NCBI GenBank assembly: GCA_959019775.1
Contig: CAUEPS010000004.1
Span: forward strand, 43,457 to 107,456
Direction: 5' to 3'
DNA: 64,000 nucleotides
Source of the DNA: an uncultured Collinsella sp.
Lineage (GTDB): Bacteria > Actinomycetota > Coriobacteriia > Coriobacteriales > Coriobacteriaceae
The notes beneath the pieces were generated by a model. It saw only the letters and a list, made by a program, of their open reading frames with translations. It was not told where the DNA came from and did not search any database. Every line of letters starts with the position of its first letter. The first letter of the stretch is position 1. Positions 25,926-38,502 of the stretch are shown here, in pieces. Both the position numbers and the translations under genes were made by a program.

Positions 25926-27398
25926 CTAGTTCAGTCCTCGCTCACGAGCGGATGCCATGGCAAAGTCAACGATCGCTTGGGCATCCTCGGCACAAATAAA
26001 GCCTTGTGACACCTCGATCGCCGTATCGCGCTCACACAGAGCGCGATAGTTTTCGAGCGACCCGTACAGCTCTTTGAGCATCGATGCCGAGAACGACTCC
26101 ATGTGGCCAAACAGCCCGTCCTTATCGCTCGTTTTATCGACCGTGCCCTGCCCCGGCTCCACCAAGCTCGTGTTGGAGTAGCGGGCAAACGGATGCTCGA
26201 GCAGGCAGGTGCGAAGTCCGCCCTTGGTATTTCCCAGGGCATCCTTTACGTTCTCGCCGCTCGCGTCCAGCTCAATGCGTGGACAGGTTGCCGGAGCCGC
26301 ACCCGTACGGACCCAGCGGAACAGATTGCGGAATGCAGCATGGAACAGATACTGCGACGGATAGGCGTTTGCCTCGGCATGCTTACCGACATACACCGGC
26401 AGATGGTCGATACGCTTGAGATCCTCGTCGTCTTGGTAATAGTCGACGTAACTCCACTGCGTATCGTGGGAAGCACCCGTCACCTCGTACAGCCGGTACT
26501 TAAAATCGGGATCGTCGCTATCGGGCATAAGCGTGCGCCAACTCTCAAAGCGACCGTTCTCGCTTTCGGTCTGAAGGGCGATAAACGGCTCCTCGACGTG
26601 CTCCACACGCAGTAGATGGTGTGCGTATTCCCGGCAGCATTCATACTGGCTGACGGGAATGCACATCGAATGGATGCCGCCGCCAGACAGGTATCCGTCA
26701 AACACGCGGCCGTCACGGCGCACCTCCTCGCGATAGGCAAAACTGTTAAGGTAGCGGAACAGATAGGCGCCGGACTGAGACCATCCTGTAAGGCAAATTG
26801 CCTGGCGAGGATAGTCGCGGATCGGGTTAAGGTCGGAGTCTCCGCGCAAGAGCCACGCAAGATCGGTCAGCATATCCCAAAACAGGCCAGTCTCGTAGGA
26901 GATGTCCATGTCGGGAAGCGCGCCGTCGCGTTCGAGCTGTTCCGGATCAAAGTCAAAGGGCCGCTCGGGAGTTGGGTTTGCCCAGCTCATGAAGGCATAG
27001 CGATCGGGATTGAATTCCTTGAGCTTGGCGATGGTATTGGGCTTGCTGGTAATGCCCACATAGATATCGCCAGAGCGCACAAACTCGCCGTGACCCAGAA
27101 TCCACATGCGCTCGATTTCCATAAACGATGTGGGATTGATGATCTCCACGACCACATTGCCACTCGCTTGCGCCGGATTTTTCGGAGCACGAACAACGAT
27201 CCGATTGGAATAAGGGGCGTCGGCAGTCATGACCTCCACGCCGCCGTCTTCGTCGGCGGTGCGATACACGTTGGCGGTACCGTCAACGCGATACTCGCGC
27301 TCGACGTAACCCTTTGCACTCAGATGACAGTAGCGCTCGGCGCTCGAAAACGGATAGCTCTCATCCGTAATGGGCATTTCAAAAATACCGCTGATCAT
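25926..27398 (-). CDS. Alpha/beta hydrolase (large Abhydrolase family)
   Basis: 490 aa with the nucleophile elbow GWSQSG. No signal peptide. Confidence 0.6.
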   Translation of the reverse strand: MISGIFEMPITDESYPFSSAERYCHLSAKGYVEREYRVDGTANVYRTADEDGGVEVMTADAPYSNRIVVRAPKNPAQASGNVVVEIINPTSFMEIERMWILGHGEFVRSGDIYVGITSKPNTIAKLKEFNPDRYAFMSWANPTPERPFDFDPEQLERDGALPDMDISYETGLFWDMLTDLAWLLRGDSDLNPIRDYPRQAICLTGWSQSGAYLFRYLNSFAYREEVRRDGRVFDGYLSGGGIHSMCIPVSQYECCREYAHHLLRVEHVEEPFIALQTESENGRFESWRTLMPDSDDPDFKYRLYEVTGASHDTQWSYVDYYQDDEDLKRIDHLPVYVGKHAEANAYPSQYLFHAAFRNLFRWVRTGAAPATCPRIELDASGENVKDALGNTKGGLRTCLLEHPFARYSNTSLVEPGQGTVDKTSDKDGLFGHMESFSASMLKELYGSLENYRALCERDTAIEVSQGFICAEDAQAIVDFAMASARERGLN

Positions 27399-27550
27399 CT
27401 CGTCCCCCTTGCTGTTGCGTTTGCTGAGACAGACTCTACTGGGGACGCTACTTAACTTCTATTGATTCTTAAGTTGAGTTACTAATTATTTAGCTTAATA
27501 AACAGCCTGGTGTTAAGCTCATGGTAAGTTCACAAACGTTAGGAACCACC

Positions 27551-28546
27551 ATGGCCGTTACTGCAAAACAAATCGCTGACCAGCTGGGAATTTCGGCAGC
27601 GGCCGTTTCCCTTGCACTTAACAATCGACGCGGCGTAAGCGAAAAAACACGGCAGCTGGTACTTAGCACCGCCGAAGCTCTAGGTTACGACTTTAGCAAG
27701 ATTAAGTTCGAGCGCCAAAAGAGCGGAACCGTTGCCTTGGTTGCCTTTAACCGGCGCCGCATCTTTGCGCGCCCCTTCTTCGCCGATATGCTCGCCGGAG
27801 TCGAGGGCGCTCTTAGACACGCGGGATTCTCGTTTTCGCTGGTGAACTACTCACCGTTCGAAAACACTCAGCAACAGATCGCCGACATCGCCGAAGCGCA
27901 ATATGATGGTGTCATCATCCTTGCAACTGAGATGTTCGAATCGGATTTTATGCCGTTTGCATCGCTGGACTGCCCTCTGCTGCTGTTGGACTCATGCATG
28001 AGCGCTGGGGTCGATACGGTCAAGATCGACAACGCCGCCAGCATGATGCTAGCCGTGCAGTACCTGCATTCGAAGTATGGATCTGTCCCCGGGCTGTTAA
28101 CGACGCCCGTTACCGTGAGCAACTTCACCGAACGACGCTTCGCCTACGAACACGCCATCGGTCAGCTATCGGGCTCGGAAAAGTGCGGCATCATCCACGA
28201 ACTCGCCGTCGCTCCAGATGAAGCATACGCCGACATGCTCGACATTATTGATTCGGGCGAACCCCTCGCCCAAAACTACGTCGCTGTCTTTGACGATATA
28301 GCTATTGGGGCCATGAAAGCCTTTATCGAGCGTGGTTATCGCGTGCCCGATGACGTACGCATCGTCGGCTTCGACAACAACGCCGGCGGAACCTACGTGC
28401 AGCCACAACTGACCACGCTCAATGTTCCTTCGGAGTATATGGGCGCCGTCGCCGCACGGCGCCTCGTCGAGGTTATCGACGAGGCCGAGCACCACCCGCT
28501 CAAGATCGAGCTGGGGGCATCGCTCATCAAGCGCCGTTCTGCCTAG
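27551..28546 (+). CDS. LacI-family transcriptional regulator
   Basis: HTH is VTAKQIADQLGISAAAVSLALNNRRGVSEKT, followed by a periplasmic-binding-protein-like core. An alternative ATG lies at 27521. Confidence 0.88.
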   Translation: MAVTAKQIADQLGISAAAVSLALNNRRGVSEKTRQLVLSTAEALGYDFSKIKFERQKSGTVALVAFNRRRIFARPFFADMLAGVEGALRHAGFSFSLVNYSPFENTQQQIADIAEAQYDGVIILATEMFESDFMPFASLDCPLLLLDSCMSAGVDTVKIDNAASMMLAVQYLHSKYGSVPGLLTTPVTVSNFTERRFAYEHAIGQLSGSEKCGIIHELAVAPDEAYADMLDIIDSGEPLAQNYVAVFDDIAIGAMKAFIERGYRVPDDVRIVGFDNNAGGTYVQPQLTTLNVPSEYMGAVAARRLVEVIDEAEHHPLKIELGASLIKRRSA

Positions 28547-29553
28547 AGCTCGCGCACGCTCTGGCGCTCGACAAAATAGGTCGAGACGGCCGTTTTGCAG
28601 GTATAGCTCTTGGGATTGCGGATGTTGCCCACCAGACGGCGCACCGCGATCTCGCCCACCTCGTGCTTGGGAACATGCACCGTGGTGAGTGGCGGGTTGG
28701 AGAAGGCGCCCACGGAAAGATCGTCGAAGCCAATCATCGAGACATCTTCGGGCACGCGAATGCCATGCTCGCTCAACGCACGCATAGCACCCACGGCGAG
28801 GACGTCGTTCTCGGCAAAGAAAGCCGTCGGCAGTTCATCATGCGAAACGGTATCGAGCCATGCGCCCATGTCGCGATAGGCGCCCTCGAGCGTGGTGCCC
28901 AGCGTGACGCGCCATGTCGGATTGGCCTCAAGGCCTGCATCTTCAAGCGCTTGGCGATAGCCGCGCTCGCGATCCTTGAAATTGCGGATGCGCAGGTCGC
29001 CTGCCAGGTAGCCGATTTGCTTGTGGCCCTTCTCGATAAGGTAATCCACGGCACGCAGCACCGAATCGGTATTGGCAATGACTACAGCATCAAAGTACTG
29101 GCGATCGCTCCAGCCGTCGAGCACGATCAGGTGGGCGGCGGCGTTGGCGAACAAAGCGTAGTCTTCCTCACCCAGCTCGGTACCCATCAGCACGATGGCG
29201 GCCGACGGGTCGGCGATCAGGCCCTCGACCTGCGGGCGCACGGCGTCCAGGTCGCTAAAGTCGAGCGAGACAAAGCTCGTGCTCATGCCGTGGCGACGCG
29301 CCTGGCGCTCCACGCCCTCGATGACCGCGGGATGGAAGGTGCTCTCGTCCAGGATGGCGCCCGTCTTGCGCGCAAGCACAAACTGGATGCTCTCGAGCTG
29401 CGTCGACTGCTGATAGCCAAGCGACTGCGCGCACTCCAGGATGACCTTGGCGGTCTCCTCGCTCACGCTGCGCTTGCGGTTGAGCGCGTTGGACACGGTT
29501 GCGGGCGAAAAGCCGGTAATGCGGCTGATCTCGCGGACGCTTGCTTTAGCCAT
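28543..29553 (-). CDS. LacI-family transcriptional regulator
   Basis: Starts MAKASVREISRITGFSPATVSNALNRKRSVSEET at ATG 29553. The upstream extension in the track ORF was rejected. Confidence 0.88.
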   Translation of the reverse strand: MAKASVREISRITGFSPATVSNALNRKRSVSEETAKVILECAQSLGYQQSTQLESIQFVLARKTGAILDESTFHPAVIEGVERQARRHGMSTSFVSLDFSDLDAVRPQVEGLIADPSAAIVLMGTELGEEDYALFANAAAHLIVLDGWSDRQYFDAVVIANTDSVLRAVDYLIEKGHKQIGYLAGDLRIRNFKDRERGYRQALEDAGLEANPTWRVTLGTTLEGAYRDMGAWLDTVSHDELPTAFFAENDVLAVGAMRALSEHGIRVPEDVSMIGFDDLSVGAFSNPPLTTVHVPKHEVGEIAVRRLVGNIRNPKSYTCKTAVSTYFVERQSVREL

Positions 29554-29735
29554 CGTTCCCCCTAGCATCGGTCGCGGCCGAGCATCGTGGCTTGACCGCC
29601 CCGTGGCTCGGCAACTAAACGACCGCAAATTCAATCTAAACAGAATAGTAAATGTTTAATAGCTAGTTTAGCCTGTTGTCAAGCGAAGTGGCACGACTAT
29701 TCCCCCAACGGGCGCATTTGTCCATCTTAACGTTA

Positions 29736-32752
<3,017 letters not shown>

Positions 32753-32795
32753 TGGCTCCTTTGCACAATCTTGGCTTACTGTTCGAATCGGCAAA

Positions 32796-32828
32796 GGTCA
32801 TGCCCCGAATGGCTACGGGTTACAATCC
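32796..32828 (-). promoter_or_regulatory. RAT (ribonucleic antiterminator)-like element between licT-like gene and PTS gene
   Basis: The minus strand GGATTGTAACCCGTAGCCATTCGGGGCATGACC starts within the last codons of the antiterminator gene (GGA TTG TAA). Confidence 0.65.
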
Positions 32829-33659
32829 TTTTTTGGAGATGATCCGGTTGAGATGGATCATCAGATAGAGTTCCTCCTCCTCGGAGAGCGTGGCGTCCCA
32901 CGTTTCACGACAATAGGAACCGATATGCTTCACGCACTCTGCCAACTGCGGAAACTCCTCACGAAAGTTCTTGTACATCTGCATGTTGGCGCTGTTCAGC
33001 GACTCGCCGGCTTGAATGCGCTTGAACAGGTACCGCAGATGCGTGGCATAGCGAGTGAAATCGTAGGAATCGCGGTCAACGATGATGCGAAAATCACTCT
33101 CGACGATCTCAGTGACATCTTCTAGCATATCGTCAAACTGCTTGGTGGGTTTGCTCGCGGTCTCGATGGCCTGAACAACCCGCGCATTGACGAGATTCAT
33201 CGCAATACTGGCAATCTCATCCTTGGGAAGCCGCTCTCCGAGCTCCTTCTCGAGTCGCATGACGATAAACTGGGCAGCCTTGTATTCCTTCGGATACGTC
33301 TCCCGCACTTCATAGGCAAGAGGCATCGCGATGCGGACCCCCTTTTGGGCTCGCGCAACGGCAAACGACAGGTGATCAGCCATGAACAGCGTCGCATTGG
33401 TCGAGAGGTCGTAGGGCAGTTCGTTGGCAACGATGTCCATAACTTTCGCCGCAAACATCACGATATCCGAGGGAAGATCCCTCATGACATCTTGTCCTTT
33501 AGGATCAATGTCGTAAAACGTATGCTCGATTTTAGAAAGAGGGAGCTCTCGAGGAAAATCTCCGCCGAAACCGACGCCCCTGCCCATGGCGATGACATCT
33601 CGCCCCTGTCCGTCACGGCAAAGAACCGCGTTGTTGTTAAGCTTTTTAATTGCAAGCAT
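32820..33659 (-). CDS. BglG/LicT-family PRD-containing transcription antiterminator
   Basis: Starts MLAIKKLNNNAVLCRDGQGRDVIAMGRGVGF (CAT domain) at ATG 33659, with AAAGGAGG upstream. Two PRD-like halves follow. Confidence 0.9.
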   Translation of the reverse strand: MLAIKKLNNNAVLCRDGQGRDVIAMGRGVGFGGDFPRELPLSKIEHTFYDIDPKGQDVMRDLPSDIVMFAAKVMDIVANELPYDLSTNATLFMADHLSFAVARAQKGVRIAMPLAYEVRETYPKEYKAAQFIVMRLEKELGERLPKDEIASIAMNLVNARVVQAIETASKPTKQFDDMLEDVTEIVESDFRIIVDRDSYDFTRYATHLRYLFKRIQAGESLNSANMQMYKNFREEFPQLAECVKHIGSYCRETWDATLSEEEELYLMIHLNRIISKKGL

Positions 33660-33688
33660 GGTGAACCTCCTTTCAAGAACACTCACAG

Positions 33689-33745
33689 AAAAAGGCATGA
33701 TAGCCAATAGCAGTGCTATTGCGGTCATGCCTTACGTAACAATCC
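33689..33745 (-). terminator. RAT #2 overlapping an intrinsic terminator in the licT-like leader
   Basis: On the minus strand, GGATTGTTACGTAAGGCATGACCGC (33745-33721) overlaps the hairpin GGCATGAccgCAATAGCactGCTATTGgcTATCATGCC, which is followed by TTTTTC. Confidence 0.75.
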
Positions 33746-33761
33746 GTGTTGTATTGCTCTT

Positions 33762-33791
33762 GGGCATGCCTCCACACAGGAGTAACAATCC
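33762..33791 (-). promoter_or_regulatory. RAT #1 (second, upstream GGATTGTTAC element)
   Basis: Minus strand GGATTGTTACTCCTGTGTGGAGGCATGCCC. A TATAAT hexamer lies about 15 nt upstream (33811-33806). Confidence 0.55.
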
Positions 33792-33908
33792 AAGATGCAG
33801 AATGCATTATAGCGCTTTCCCCGCCCCGGGGACCATCGGGCTGGCGAACGGTAGATGTCGGCCCGCCAGCGGCCACATCGAGCAGATGGGCGTGCTTCGA
33901 TCCCGAGC

Positions 33909-34883
33909 CTAGCCTAGGATGCGGGCCATGCGCGCCTTGAACTCGGACAGAAAGCGCGGGGCGTCCACGGTGAGTGCCACAAGCGCGCTCTTGTCGGGGT
34001 CGGACAGGCGGTGCTCATCGCAAATGGTGCGACCGCGATACTCGCCCAGCAGATCAACACGCAGATTGCAGCCGAGTGCACCTACGAGCGTGGGGTCGAT
34101 CGCCACGGCAACGGCCAACGGATCGTGCAGCGCACAACCACCCAGGTAGGGTGCGTTCATCTCGTACGAGCCAATGTAGTGCTCGACCATGCTAGCAAAT
34201 GCGCAGCCCGCCATGGTGCCCGAGCCCGTCCAACCGGCAATGTCGCGGCGCGTGAGCACCACGCGATGCGTCACGTCCAGGCCCACCATGGTGAGCTTGC
34301 GGCCCGAGCGCAGCACGGCATCGGCCGCCTCGGGATCGCTTGCCATGTTGGCCTCGGCACCCGCACTCACGTTACCGGGCACGGTCAGGGCACCGCCCAT
34401 TACCACCACGCGGCCGATAGACATCACCGCCGCCGCATCGCGCTCCAGGGCAAGCGCCAGGTTGGAGAGCGGGCCGGTCGCTACGTAGACCAGATCGGGA
34501 CCATAGGTGCGCGCGGCATCGATCAGATAATCGACCGCAGCGTTGCCATCAGCCGATGTCGCCCCCACCGGCTCGTAGGGCGACGCGGGCACGCTCGCGC
34601 CGCCGATGCCGTTCTTACCGTGAATGAGCGCGGTGGACGCCGGCGGCGTATAAGGCTCAGTCGCCTGCAGAGGACGGTCGGCACCCAGGTACACCGGCAC
34701 CTCGGGACGGCCCAACAGGTCGAGCACCGCCAGGCAGTTATGCGCCGACTGGTCGACGCGCACGTTGCCAAAGCACGTGGTGATGCCGACGAGCTCCACC
34801 TCGGGGCTCGCGATGGCATAGGCAAGCGCCATCGCATCATCCACACCCATATCCAGATCAAGGATCAGCTTCTTGATTGCCAT
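33909..34883 (-). CDS. Inosine/uridine-preferring nucleoside hydrolase
   Basis: 324 aa with N-terminal LILDLDMGVDDAMAL (the DxDxxxDD motif). Confidence 0.9.
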   Translation of the reverse strand: MAIKKLILDLDMGVDDAMALAYAIASPEVELVGITTCFGNVRVDQSAHNCLAVLDLLGRPEVPVYLGADRPLQATEPYTPPASTALIHGKNGIGGASVPASPYEPVGATSADGNAAVDYLIDAARTYGPDLVYVATGPLSNLALALERDAAAVMSIGRVVVMGGALTVPGNVSAGAEANMASDPEAADAVLRSGRKLTMVGLDVTHRVVLTRRDIAGWTGSGTMAGCAFASMVEHYIGSYEMNAPYLGGCALHDPLAVAVAIDPTLVGALGCNLRVDLLGEYRGRTICDEHRLSDPDKSALVALTVDAPRFLSEFKARMARILG

Positions 34884-34887
34884 TGTT

Positions 34888-35883
34888 CTACTCCGCTTCT
34901 CCGTCTTGTACCAAATCGTCTAAATCAAACACGCGATCAACTTCGGCGCGCGTGGGAATCGACTGCTGTGCGCCCAGGCGCGACACCGTCACCGCCGAGG
35001 CGCGTGCACCCGCCGCCATGCACTCAAAGAGCGGCAGGCCCTCCAGACGAGCCGCGGCAAGCGCACCGATAAATGTATCGCCCGCGGCCGTCGTATCGAC
35101 CAACGTGCTCGAGAGCGCCGGCATGCGCAGCGGCTCGCCGTCATCGCCGAGCGTAACCGACCCGGCGCCGCCCAACGTGATGACCGCAGCTCCGGCACCC
35201 TTGGCGAGCAGGGCATTGAGCGCCGCGACGCAGCTCGCATCATCCGCGGGCAAGATGCCCGTCAGCACCTGGCACTCAGTCTCGTTGGGACAGACCAGGT
35301 CGACCGCAGGCCAGGCCTCCGCAGGCAACTCGCAGGCAGGAGCTGGATTAAAGACCGTATAGAACCCCAGCTCGTGAGCGCAAACGAGCGCCTCGGCCGT
35401 CGCTGCAAGGTCACATTCGCCCTGGGCGATAAAGACGCTTCCGACAGCCGGGGCAATATCGCTGGCGTCTCCGTCGAGCTCATCGGCTACCAGACGCCTC
35501 AGCGCGCGGGCAACATCCTCGCCCGCGAGCGCATGGTTGGCACCCGGCGACAGCACGATGCGGTTGTCACCCTCGCAGCGAATGATGGTCGCCGTTCCCG
35601 TCTCCACGTCATCGCGACGCGCTACAAAGACACAGTCCACGCCGGCGTCTTGGAGCCCCGCCACGAGCGACGTGCCAAATGCGTCGCAGCCGACCGCGCC
35701 GATCATATGCGTGTGCGCGCCCATGCGCGCAGCAGCTACGGCCTGGTTGGCGCCTTTGCCGCCGGCGTTGGTGATAAACCCGCTGCCGCCAACGGTCTCG
35801 CCCGCACGCGGCATGCGCTCGCACGCCACCGAAAGGTCCATGTTCATGCTGCCGAACACCGCAACGATGCCGCTATCTGCCAT
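34888..35883 (-). CDS. rbsK: Ribokinase
   Basis: 331 aa with [15 protein letters not shown] and the PfkB signature [14 protein letters not shown]. It is adjacent to the nucleoside hydrolase. Confidence 0.85.
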   Translation of the reverse strand: MADSGIVAVFGSMNMDLSVACERMPRAGETVGGSGFITNAGGKGANQAVAAARMGAHTHMIGAVGCDAFGTSLVAGLQDAGVDCVFVARRDDVETGTATIIRCEGDNRIVLSPGANHALAGEDVARALRRLVADELDGDASDIAPAVGSVFIAQGECDLAATAEALVCAHELGFYTVFNPAPACELPAEAWPAVDLVCPNETECQVLTGILPADDASCVAALNALLAKGAGAAVITLGGAGSVTLGDDGEPLRMPALSSTLVDTTAAGDTFIGALAAARLEGLPLFECMAAGARASAVTVSRLGAQQSIPTRAEVDRVFDLDDLVQDGEAE

Positions 35884-36069
35884 GGAAACCTCCTCGTCCG
35901 CGGGCTCTGCACCCGCCGTTGGCCGTCAATCGTGCGCTCTCGCGCCTCTATAACTTTAGTTCACTTTGATGTGGACGCGCGCTTGAGGTTGCGCCAGCAG
36001 CAAGCATTCACAGGAGCGGGCAGCTACAATGAATACGTGCTGATTTTTCTCGTCATTGGATGATGTTTT

Positions 36070-38286
36070 ATGGAACAATTCCCGCAATCGAGCTCACGCG
36101 GCCCGCGCTGCGCGCCCGATAACCAGGCGCCGCACGAACGCCCGCGCACTGAACGCCGCGCAGGCGACCCGCGACGCACCCCGAGCCCCCATCGAGCACC
36201 CGCCAACAAAGCGGACCACGCCAGCGCCGCCGCCGCGGACCAGACGCCCACTCGTCCCAAATCTCGTTACATTCCCGCCCTCGACGGCCTGCGCACGCTC
36301 GCCGTTGTCGCGGTGGTGCTCTATCACCTCAATCTTACGTGGGCTCAGGGCGGCCTGCTCGGCGTCACGATCTTCTTTGTGCTTTCGGGCTATCTAATCA
36401 CGCGCCTGCTGCTCAACGAAGTCGCCAAGACCGGGCGCATCGACCTCAAGAGCTTCTGGATTCGCCGCATCCGCCGTCTGTTCCCCGCCGTAGTGACCGT
36501 CGTGGTGGTTACCTGCGCGCTGTGCACGATCTTTAACCACGTGATGCTCACCAAGATGCGTCTCGACATCCTGCCGTCGCTGCTGTTCTTCAACAACTGG
36601 TGGCAGATCGCGCAGGACGTCTCGTACTTCAACGCCTTGGGCGACCCCTCGCCGCTCACGCACTTTTGGTCGCTCGCCATCGAGGAGCAGTTCTACCTGG
36701 TTTGGCCGCCGCTGCTGCTTGCCATGGTATCCATGCACATGAGCAAGCCCAGCACGCGCCGCGTGGTTCTGGGCTTGGCTGCGGTTTCCGCCATCGCCAT
36801 GATGGTGCTCTACAACCCTGCCGCCGACCCCAGCCGCGTGTACTACGGCACCGACACCCGCGTGTTCTCACTGCTGCTGGGCGCCTGGATGGCCTTTATC
36901 CCCGATCGCGACCTGGCGCCCGTGCGCCTCGCGCATCGTCTGGGGCTCGACCGCCTGGTTGGCGCCGCCAGGCACGGAAAGAATGCCGAGAACAAACAGG
37001 GTACGAAGGCCGACAACGCAGCCGAGACTGCCCCAGCCCAGCCGAGCGCGCTCGTACGCTTTTGGTCCTCACCCGCATCCATCGATGTGTTGGGCGTCGT
37101 GGGCCTGGTTGGCCTTGCCGCCATGGTCGCGCTCACCAACGGCTACACGGCATTCCAGTATCGCGGAGGCACGCTGCTGTGCTCCATCCTTACGCTCATG
37201 GTCATCGCAGCCTGCGTGCAGCCCCAGGGAATGGTGGCCCGCGCGCTATCCGCCGAGCCGCTCGTATGGGTTGGCAAGCGCTCCTACAGCATCTACCTGT
37301 GGCACTATCCGCTGTTGCTGCTCATGAACCCGGTCGCCAACATCAACGATACGCCCTGGTGGCAGTACATTTTGCAGGTACTGCTGGTGGTCGCCGTGGC
37401 CGAGTGCTCCTACCGCTTTATCGAGACGCCGTTTAGGAAGGGCGTCTTCGGACGCACCGTCTCCGAGTTCCGCGATGGCACCACCACGCCTGCCAACTGG
37501 GTACGCGCGCATATTCCCGTGTGCGCCACTTGCGGCATCGTGCTCGTCATCGCGCTGGGCGGCTTGATCTTTGTACCGGAAACCTCCGCGCTGAGCGGCG
37601 AGGGCGCCGAAGTCCTCAACAAGGAAGCTAAAAACGCTGCGCCCACGGACCAACAGGCAGCCGACGACACCGACAAGGACAACGATGGCTTCCCCGATGG
37701 ATCCTACGACCTGCTGATGATCGGTGACTCCGTGTCGCTACGTGCCGTGGACGCCTTTGATGGCGTGTTCCCGCACAGCCATATCGATGCCGAAAAGGGC
37801 CGCCAATTCGATGCGGGCCGTGCGACATTTGAGGGCTATATCCAGCAGAACCTTGCCGGCAAAATCGTTGTCTTTGCCCTGGGCACCAACGGCTTGGTGA
37901 CCGACGATCAAATCGATGCCATCATGGCCGATGCGGGAGACAAGCGCATTGTCGTGTTTGTGAACACGCGCAGCCCGCAGCCGTGGGTTGGCTCGACCAA
38001 CCAGGCCATCGCCAACGCCGCCACGCGCTACAAGAACGTGCGCGTTATCGACTGGTACGGATACAGCGCCAACCGAAATGACCTGTTCGATGGCGACGGC
38101 ACGCACCTGTCGACCGCCGGCGTGACCGAATATCTCAACCTGATCCACGACGCGGTCAAGAAGGACCTGCCCGTGCACCCCGAGGATCACGTCAACGATC
38201 CTCAGCCGGCGGCCGTCAAGTCTGCCACCGACGCACTCGTCAACGCCCTCGCCTTCAAGCCGCACAAGCTCGGCGGCGACAAGTAA
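36070..38286 (+). CDS. OatA-like acyltransferase-3 membrane protein with C-terminal SGNH domain (peptidoglycan/polysaccharide O-acetyltransferase)
   Basis: 738 aa with IPALDGLRTLAVVAVVLYH...FFVLSGYLIT, multiple TM helices, and a C-terminal LLMIGDSVS (GDS block). The N-terminal ~70 aa are low-complexity, so the true start is uncertain. Confidence 0.85.
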   Translation: MEQFPQSSSRGPRCAPDNQAPHERPRTERRAGDPRRTPSPHRAPANKADHASAAAADQTPTRPKSRYIPALDGLRTLAVVAVVLYHLNLTWAQGGLLGVTIFFVLSGYLITRLLLNEVAKTGRIDLKSFWIRRIRRLFPAVVTVVVVTCALCTIFNHVMLTKMRLDILPSLLFFNNWWQIAQDVSYFNALGDPSPLTHFWSLAIEEQFYLVWPPLLLAMVSMHMSKPSTRRVVLGLAAVSAIAMMVLYNPAADPSRVYYGTDTRVFSLLLGAWMAFIPDRDLAPVRLAHRLGLDRLVGAARHGKNAENKQGTKADNAAETAPAQPSALVRFWSSPASIDVLGVVGLVGLAAMVALTNGYTAFQYRGGTLLCSILTLMVIAACVQPQGMVARALSAEPLVWVGKRSYSIYLWHYPLLLLMNPVANINDTPWWQYILQVLLVVAVAECSYRFIETPFRKGVFGRTVSEFRDGTTTPANWVRAHIPVCATCGIVLVIALGGLIFVPETSALSGEGAEVLNKEAKNAAPTDQQAADDTDKDNDGFPDGSYDLLMIGDSVSLRAVDAFDGVFPHSHIDAEKGRQFDAGRATFEGYIQQNLAGKIVVFALGTNGLVTDDQIDAIMADAGDKRIVVFVNTRSPQPWVGSTNQAIANAATRYKNVRVIDWYGYSANRNDLFDGDGTHLSTAGVTEYLNLIHDAVKKDLPVHPEDHVNDPQPAAVKSATDALVNALAFKPHKLGGDK

Positions 38287-38308
38287 CACGCAGCCAAATC
38301 TGCTTACA

Positions 38309-38347
38309 CCCGCAGGGGGCGTCGGCCACGGCCGACGCCCCCTGCGG
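38309..38347 (+). terminator. Hairpin after the acyltransferase gene
   Basis: CCCGCAGGGGGCGTCGGCC-ac-GGCCGACGCCCCCTGCGG forms an 18-bp stem. Confidence 0.7.
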
Positions 38348-38390
38348 CAGTTAGGGACGCTCCTTATGTGCCGGCACTTAGGGACACTCC
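38346..38390. repeat. Dispersed repeat family, locus B (GGCAGTTAGGGACGCTCCTTAT.. block)
   Basis: CGGCAGTTAGGGACGCTCCTTATGTGCC matches CGGCAGTTGGGGACGCTCCTTATCTGCC at 54363-54390. Confidence 0.7.
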
Positions 38391-38502
38391 TGACACAGCC
38401 GAGGAACGCCCTCCTTGTAACCGAATTCTGGACGCCTCGCCGCCCCGAGCGTTGTTTCCAAGCCCCAAAATCGCTCTTTTCGAGCCGGCTCCAAGAGGTC
38501 GT

